NCBI RefSeq assembly: GCF_023276375.1
Contig: NZ_JALLPK010000001.1
Location: forward strand, 3,721,391-3,785,390
Direction: 5' to 3'
Length of the DNA stretch: 64,000 nucleotides
Source of the DNA: Halocatena marina
Lineage (GTDB): Archaea > Halobacteriota > Halobacteria > Halobacteriales > Haloarculaceae
Below, piece after piece: positions 59,225-64,000 of this stretch (its first letter is position 1; each line of letters opens with the position of its first letter). Under the pieces are notes generated by a model. That model was not told where the DNA came from, did no database searches, and saw only the letters and a list, made by a program, of their open reading frames with translations. A program made the translations under genes and the position numbers.

Positions 59225-59767
59225 CTATGTCTGATCGAGAACGTCCGCCGCAGGCGTGCGACGGCCGCAGCTGGGGCAGAACGACCAATCAGAGCGAATT
59301 TCATCACCACAGTCACAGAACACCCGCCGACTCGATTTTTCTCCACAGTTGGGACAGTAAACGTGGGGTTCCGAAAGTGGTTCACCGCACTGAGAACACT
59401 GTTTACGTTTTGCCTCGGATTCATCCTCTGGCGTAGTACGCGTCTTACACTTTTCAGCTGATTGTGACGACTCATTGTCCAGAGACGCCTCATGCTCTCC
59501 GTCTACGGTGATGTTTACGTTGATATCTTGTGGCTCTGATCGTGTAAACGCGCCTGTGGAACGTTCTGTGATGAGTTCGTCGACTCGCTCGCGCACGATC
59601 CGATCGATTTCGATCCCAGCGTCGGGAGCAGCACGAGAATCAGACGTCTCGACAGAATTTTCGAGATAGGAGCGTAGCGCTTCGCGCATGATCGCGCTCT
59701 TGGAGGCATCGAACTCCTCCAACTGGGCAATGAGATCATCGTCTGCGCGAAACGTGATCTTGCTCAT
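59225..59767 (-). CDS. cdrL: RHH-domain transcription regulator with C-terminal zinc ribbons, CdrL-like
   Basis: N-terminal RHH MSKITFRADDDLIAQLEEF...IMREALRSYL. C-terminal double zinc ribbon CSQCG...CPNCG...CDCGDE...CPSCG. Confidence 0.65.
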   Translation of the reverse strand: MSKITFRADDDLIAQLEEFDASKSAIMREALRSYLENSVETSDSRAAPDAGIEIDRIVRERVDELITERSTGAFTRSEPQDINVNITVDGEHEASLDNESSQSAEKCKTRTTPEDESEAKRKQCSQCGEPLSEPHVYCPNCGEKSSRRVFCDCGDEIRSDWSFCPSCGRRTPAADVLDQT

Positions 59768-59902
59768 TCGTACCGTCGTTGTTTCCCAAACTATTTTAAC
59801 GTTGGTGCCAACGTCATACGTCCGTCAGTCACACACCAGAATGGTTCACTCCGGCGAAAAAAGACAAGGGTTAAATTGGGGTTAGGACATACAAATGAAT
59901 GA

Positions 59903-59976
59903 CCGCTCTTAGCTCAGTCTGGCAGAGCAGTCGACTGTAGATCGACTTGTCCCCCGTTCAAATCGGGGAGAGCGGA
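59903..59976 (+). tRNA. tRNA-Tyr (anticodon GUA), no encoded CCA
   Basis: Hand-folded cloverleaf: acceptor CCGCUCU/AGAGCGG; U8 A9; D-stem GCUC/GAGC; anticodon stem GUCGA/UCGAC with loop CUGUAGA (anticodon GUA); 5-nt variable loop; T-stem CCCCG/CGGGG with loop UUCAAAU; discriminator A. Confidence 0.9.
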
Positions 59977-60219
59977 CTTCCTGTCACACAGCATCGTGGG
60001 AGCCGTGAATAGCGATGTGTCTGGAATCCGTCTCGGTATGATCTGAGTCAGTCGTGCCGAAGGGATGACGCATTTCACGTCGAGAAGAGTAGATTTGAAT
60101 AGTTGCCAATCCCATTCGAATACTCTCCGTTCTATTCTCCGAAATTAGATGATTCAACCACCAAACCAAATGACTGGCTGTTAATAAGCGGCCAGAAAGC
60201 ATATTCCGAACATCTCTAA

Positions 60220-61950
60220 GTGACTCACATAATGACGTATCAACGGGTGCCGATTAGCCGGCGGTCATTTCTTTCTGGAGCAACCGCTGCTGTTGCTGGT
60301 GGTGTATTTCTCGGAAAGAGCAACCCGGTACGAGCGGACTCGGATCCGACAGGCGACGAGCAGTGGACACAGCTTGGTAAGAACGCAGCATCCACCCACT
60401 CCGCCATGACCGGTGTTGGACCAACAGGCGATATTTCTATCGCGTGGGACGCGCACAAGAGCGTCCATGGATACAGTGGGGATTCAAGCGTGGGGGCGGT
60501 CGTCGACGGAACGGTGTACGCCTCGGGCACTGGTCTGGTTGCGCTTGATGCGACAGATGGGACCGAACTGTGGAGCTTTGGTGCCAAAATCCCCGACAGA
60601 GAGTACCCAGAATCAGGAATTACAGGGGATATCGAAACACCAGCGGTCATGGACGGAACCGTGTTCGCTACTGTCCGCTTTGGAGTCTACGACGCAGATT
60701 CGTCCGTTTTCCATACAGCCATTGTCGCTGTGGATGCAGAATCTGGTGAGAAACAGTGGCGTATTGATGTGCCGTACGGTCTTTCGTTTTCGGAACTGAC
60801 AGCAGTCGACGGATCACTGTTCGTGAACGGTCCGGATATGGACGGTGGAGATGGCCTATTCCTGTACGTCCTCAACGCGGATGATGGATCAGTGCAGTGG
60901 CGCCAGCCTATACAAAGGACTGAGTTCGGCACCCGTCCGCGCGATTACTACTCGGCCCCAATCGTTGCCGATGGGTTGGTGTTCGTTGCACCTCCCAACG
61001 GCGTCAACGCCTACGATGCGGCTAGCGGCGACCTCGTCTGGGACGCCCTTCCTTATGTGAAAGATCTCTCTGTGGCGATGGTCTCGGAGGAAACGCTGTT
61101 CGTGAATGAGAACAGCAGGCCGGGAGCGACGATCATCGCACTCAATGCGAGGACCGGAGATGACCAGTGGAAAACAGCCTACGGCGGAGATATTCGCGTG
61201 GCCATGCACACAGTCGATACGGAACGGCTGTACATCTCCACGAGCGAAGACGACAGCGATGTCGTTGCCCTCGATCGGTCCACTGGGAATGAACGCTGGC
61301 GGACGACCATTCCTCAGCCCACCAATGAAGAGCAACCCCGAATGTGGATACCAAACCGTGGCATGATTCGCGTCGGGGAACTGTTGTACGTCGGTGGAGC
61401 TGCGTTGCAGCCGTCAGACGGTGAAATTCTCTGGAAAAAGGAGCTCAGAGAGGTCCCGTCAGGTGGCTATTCGTTAGACGCCGTCGCCGGGGGACAGATG
61501 TATATCAGCGACCGCGGTCTCGGGGGTGGTCTCGTCGTACTGGAAGGGACGAAAACACAGACAACGACGCCAACGCCCCAACCGGAGAACACCGAGCAAC
61601 AGGGTGACCTCAACGAGAGAACTGACACGTCACATCGAACCCAGTCGGACGATACTACTGCTCGAACTGATACGTCACATCCTACCCAGTCAGACAATAC
61701 TGACCAATCGACGGCCGACCACACCGAGAAAACCGACACGCCCAATCACACTCAATCGGGCAGGACGATCCAACAAGCCGCCGAAACAACACCGCAGGCG
61801 ACCCCTACCCAAACCGGCACCGCTTCGAACTCCGAACCCGCAACTCGCGCAACTGACGCAACGACCGCCACTGACGGACCAGGATTTGGTCTGGTGACAG
61901 CTATCGCGGGCGTTGGAGTCGGTGCGTGGCGATATCTTACCACCGACTAA
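60220..61950 (+). CDS. PQQ-like beta-propeller repeat surface protein with Tat signal and PGF-CTERM archaeosortase sorting signal
   Basis: Tat motif ISRRSFLSGATAAVAGG. Multiple PQQ-type repeats (GTVYASG..., LVALDATDGTELW, VDAESGEKQWR, LNADDGSVQWR, YDAASGDLVWD, LNARTGDDQWK, LDRSTGNERWR). A Thr/Ser/Asp-rich linker with tandem 14-aa repeats. C-terminal PGFGLVTAIAGVGVGAWRYL. Confidence 0.8.
   Translation: MTHIMTYQRVPISRRSFLSGATAAVAGGVFLGKSNPVRADSDPTGDEQWTQLGKNAASTHSAMTGVGPTGDISIAWDAHKSVHGYSGDSSVGAVVDGTVYASGTGLVALDATDGTELWSFGAKIPDREYPESGITGDIETPAVMDGTVFATVRFGVYDADSSVFHTAIVAVDAESGEKQWRIDVPYGLSFSELTAVDGSLFVNGPDMDGGDGLFLYVLNADDGSVQWRQPIQRTEFGTRPRDYYSAPIVADGLVFVAPPNGVNAYDAASGDLVWDALPYVKDLSVAMVSEETLFVNENSRPGATIIALNARTGDDQWKTAYGGDIRVAMHTVDTERLYISTSEDDSDVVALDRSTGNERWRTTIPQPTNEEQPRMWIPNRGMIRVGELLYVGGAALQPSDGEILWKKELREVPSGGYSLDAVAGGQMYISDRGLGGGLVVLEGTKTQTTTPTPQPENTEQQGDLNERTDTSHRTQSDDTTARTDTSHPTQSDNTDQSTADHTEKTDTPNHTQSGRTIQQAAETTPQATPTQTGTASNSEPATRATDATTATDGPGFGLVTAIAGVGVGAWRYLTTD
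61621..61698 (+). repeat. Imperfect 36-nt direct repeat with 42-nt period, inside the linker of the PQQ protein (encodes RTDTSH(R/P)TQSD(D/N)T)
   Basis: ACTGACACGTCACATCGAACCCAGTCGGACGATACT and ACTGATACGTCACATCCTACCCAGTCAGACAATACT. Confidence 0.7.
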
Positions 61951-62855
61951 CGTATCCTGTATCTGATCTGGGACTGTCCCGATCCTTCCGGGTCGGTTAC
62001 CCACACCAGAACAAATTGTCACCATCTGATACAGTCCAGACCACGAGACCTACTTCCCGAAGAAGTCCGTATCAAATATCGGTGGCCTGATGAGAAAACG
62101 AACGAATCTTTCGAGGCTACGGTCTCAAACAATTGCTAGCTGTGCCCCCCTGTTGTGACTGTAGCTGTGGACGTGATTGATTGGTACAGGCGGTGTACCA
62201 ACGTCGAGCAGTAGATGCTAAACGCAGTAGCACCATTACTGTCGTATACTCGAACGGATCTGCTTGTTCTATGTTTGTAAGTCATGAGTGCTATTGTCTT
62301 ACGCAATCTGTATCAGAGCAGAATTTATTATGGCGTTGTAGTAGTGATCTCACGATCGTTCTCTACGACTGTTCTGCAGCTCCAAGATCGGTAGGTGCTA
62401 CTCAACTTCCTCCTCTGATTGCTGCTGTTAGGTCCTGTTTACGAAGCCAATACCGCATTTATCGGCACTGAGACGCTCTCTCGTGGAACTGATACAGCGG
62501 AATACATTTCGTTCAGAGAACCGAAAACGATGCACTCATATTGCACTTCTAACTATATTGTTCCCATATCTCTTGTGTAATTATATCTGCGTATTGGTAG
62601 TACCGCTCGATTTCTGGTTCTCGAACGAAATATATAATTTCGATTGCATCAACTGATCGGTTCGTGTTCTGACTAGAATGTAGTACGTAAGACATCTAAC
62701 GTCATTCAGAGAGAAGGAACGACCCCTGTCTTATGTGTTGTATACAAACATGATCTCAGTGTACGCAATCTGTTTGAACGAGAACCACTGCACGCGAATC
62801 CGACGAGGCCCTGAATTGGCGTATCACTTCAGTCTGTGCTACGGTGACACGTGTC

Positions 62856-63941
62856 TTACAGCGAGTCAAGCACGGATCCTAACACGTCCAACGCCTGTTT
62901 CATCTCATCAGTCTGCCCGCCGAGACTTATCCGGATACGTTCAGGAGCGTCGAAAAAGCGCCCTGGAATAACAAGGAGGTCTTGCTCCCACGCGGCTCGT
63001 GTGACCCGATCTCCGTCAGCGTGAGTGCAGGCGAGTGTGGCAAACGGGCATCCATCCGGTACAGTCCCAGTAAGGTCGGTGCGCGAATCGACGAATGATG
63101 AGAGGAGGTCGTGGTTTCGTTCGATGAGATCGCGTGATCGGTCAGTGAGTGTCTCCGCATTGAATAATGCCCGTCGACCGAGAGCACGGCTGGTGTCGGC
63201 TACGACAGGCGTATACCACGCGACGGAGGAGAGTCGGTCGACAAACGCGGCAGGGCCGATGACCCAGCCGATGCGGAGGCCACCGAGCCCGTGAAACTTC
63301 GTGAATGATCCTGTCACCACGGTGTTCGGAAGTCCTGCCGCCGTCACGCCCCCAAAGCCACGCTCTCCGCGCGATGTTGGGACGTATGGTGCGTACACTT
63401 CATCAACAAGACAGAATGCATCACTTTGACTCGCAATATCGGCTACTGCTGCCAGTGTCTCGCGGTCAGTCATCGTCCCCGATGGATTGTGTCGGTTCGT
63501 GAGGACAACGAGATCAACAGGACCGCTGTCTGCTGCGTCCGCGATGGTATCGGGATCGAGCTGTCCGTTCGTGTCGCGTGGGATGCGGTCGACTTCAGCA
63601 CCAAGACCGATCGGCGTCTTCACAAGCGGTTCGTAGCCGGGCGTCTCGACGAGCACTCGGGAACTCAGATCCCGCTGTCGCTCGAACTGGAGTGCGGTTG
63701 CCATCACGAGCAGATTTGCGTGAGTGGCTCCTGCTGTGACGTGAATCTGGTCCGGGCGGACGGCGTACACATCAGCAAGCTGTTCTTCGAGTGTCGTCTC
63801 TGCTGGCGGATCTGGAAACCCATCGAGCGCCTCACGAGGTGAATCCTGAGGAACAGCGTGGAGATCGCTCGACCCGAGATCGTGCGCCGCGGCGTCTGGT
63901 CGTCCGGCGATCCATTCGAGATACGCTATCGGTTGGTTCAT
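62856..63941 (-). CDS. Class I/II PLP-dependent aminotransferase (HisC/CobD-like)
   Basis: PLP-Lys region FTKFHGLGGLRIGWVIG, and an N-terminal ...DLGSSDLHAVPQ... arrangement typical of histidinol-phosphate aminotransferase/threonine-phosphate decarboxylase. Start placed at MNQPIAYLEW. Confidence 0.75.
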   Translation of the reverse strand: MNQPIAYLEWIAGRPDAAAHDLGSSDLHAVPQDSPREALDGFPDPPAETTLEEQLADVYAVRPDQIHVTAGATHANLLVMATALQFERQRDLSSRVLVETPGYEPLVKTPIGLGAEVDRIPRDTNGQLDPDTIADAADSGPVDLVVLTNRHNPSGTMTDRETLAAVADIASQSDAFCLVDEVYAPYVPTSRGERGFGGVTAAGLPNTVVTGSFTKFHGLGGLRIGWVIGPAAFVDRLSSVAWYTPVVADTSRALGRRALFNAETLTDRSRDLIERNHDLLSSFVDSRTDLTGTVPDGCPFATLACTHADGDRVTRAAWEQDLLVIPGRFFDAPERIRISLGGQTDEMKQALDVLGSVLDSL

Positions 63942-64000
63942 TCGCACGCCCATCCGCGATTCGTGTGGTTCAATCGCTCGTAGCCATCATCGGTCACAAC

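Noticed and set aside
1-64000. CRISPR arrays, IS elements/transposases, integrases, rRNA
   Set aside because: No regularly spaced direct repeats of 25-40 bp, no DDE/HUH transposase or tyrosine-recombinase signatures in any frame, and no rRNA-like segments were seen. The only tandem repeats are the short microsatellites and the intragenic 42-nt repeat listed above.

Overview
The window is a high-GC (about 62-65%), acidic-proteome haloarchaeal (class Halobacteria) chromosomal segment with about 60 protein genes, one tRNA-Tyr(GUA) and no rRNA or CRISPR. Most of it is core housekeeping: inorganic pyrophosphatase, RNase HI, TFB, NreA-like repair protein, PolX, LonB with its CPBP partner, NMNAT, thermosome, MetRS, Dph2, NcsA, a Dna2-like helicase, and a cdrL-cdrS-ftsZ2 division locus. 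Accessory content includes: (i) a complete rhbABCDE-like NRPS-independent hydroxamate siderophore cluster (dat-ddc-iucA-iucB-iucD) preceded by two TTTAGG-N4-CCTAAA palindromes that look like DtxR/Idr iron boxes; (ii) a roughly 2.3 kb low-GC islet between polX and the lonB operon carrying a Tat-secreted chymotrypsin-fold (S1) serine protease, which is rare in Archaea, plus a small membrane protein; (iii) a second low-GC patch with two HTH regulators; (iv) glycosyltransferase clusters (GT4-GT4-AlkP-like phosphodiesterase; GT2-methyltransferase); (v) an NfeD-SPFH operon whose stomatin homolog ends in an (EP)n tail encoded by a (GGTTCT)n microsatellite; (vi) a (GTTCGT)8 microsatellite upstream of metG; (vii) nested GTAAGACG palindromes in the cdrL-cdrS spacer; (viii) a Tat/PGF-CTERM PQQ-propeller surface protein next to tRNA-Tyr, followed by about 900 bp of AT-rich non-coding DNA. 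The ORF track translates TTG/GTG starts as M, so several ORFs begin upstream of the start I consider real; for those I moved the start, which shortens the CDS relative to the track. At two sites (near 40.5 kb and 59.0 kb) my base-by-base reading disagreed with the track by 1 nt, so motif coordinates carry about +/-2 nt uncertainty.
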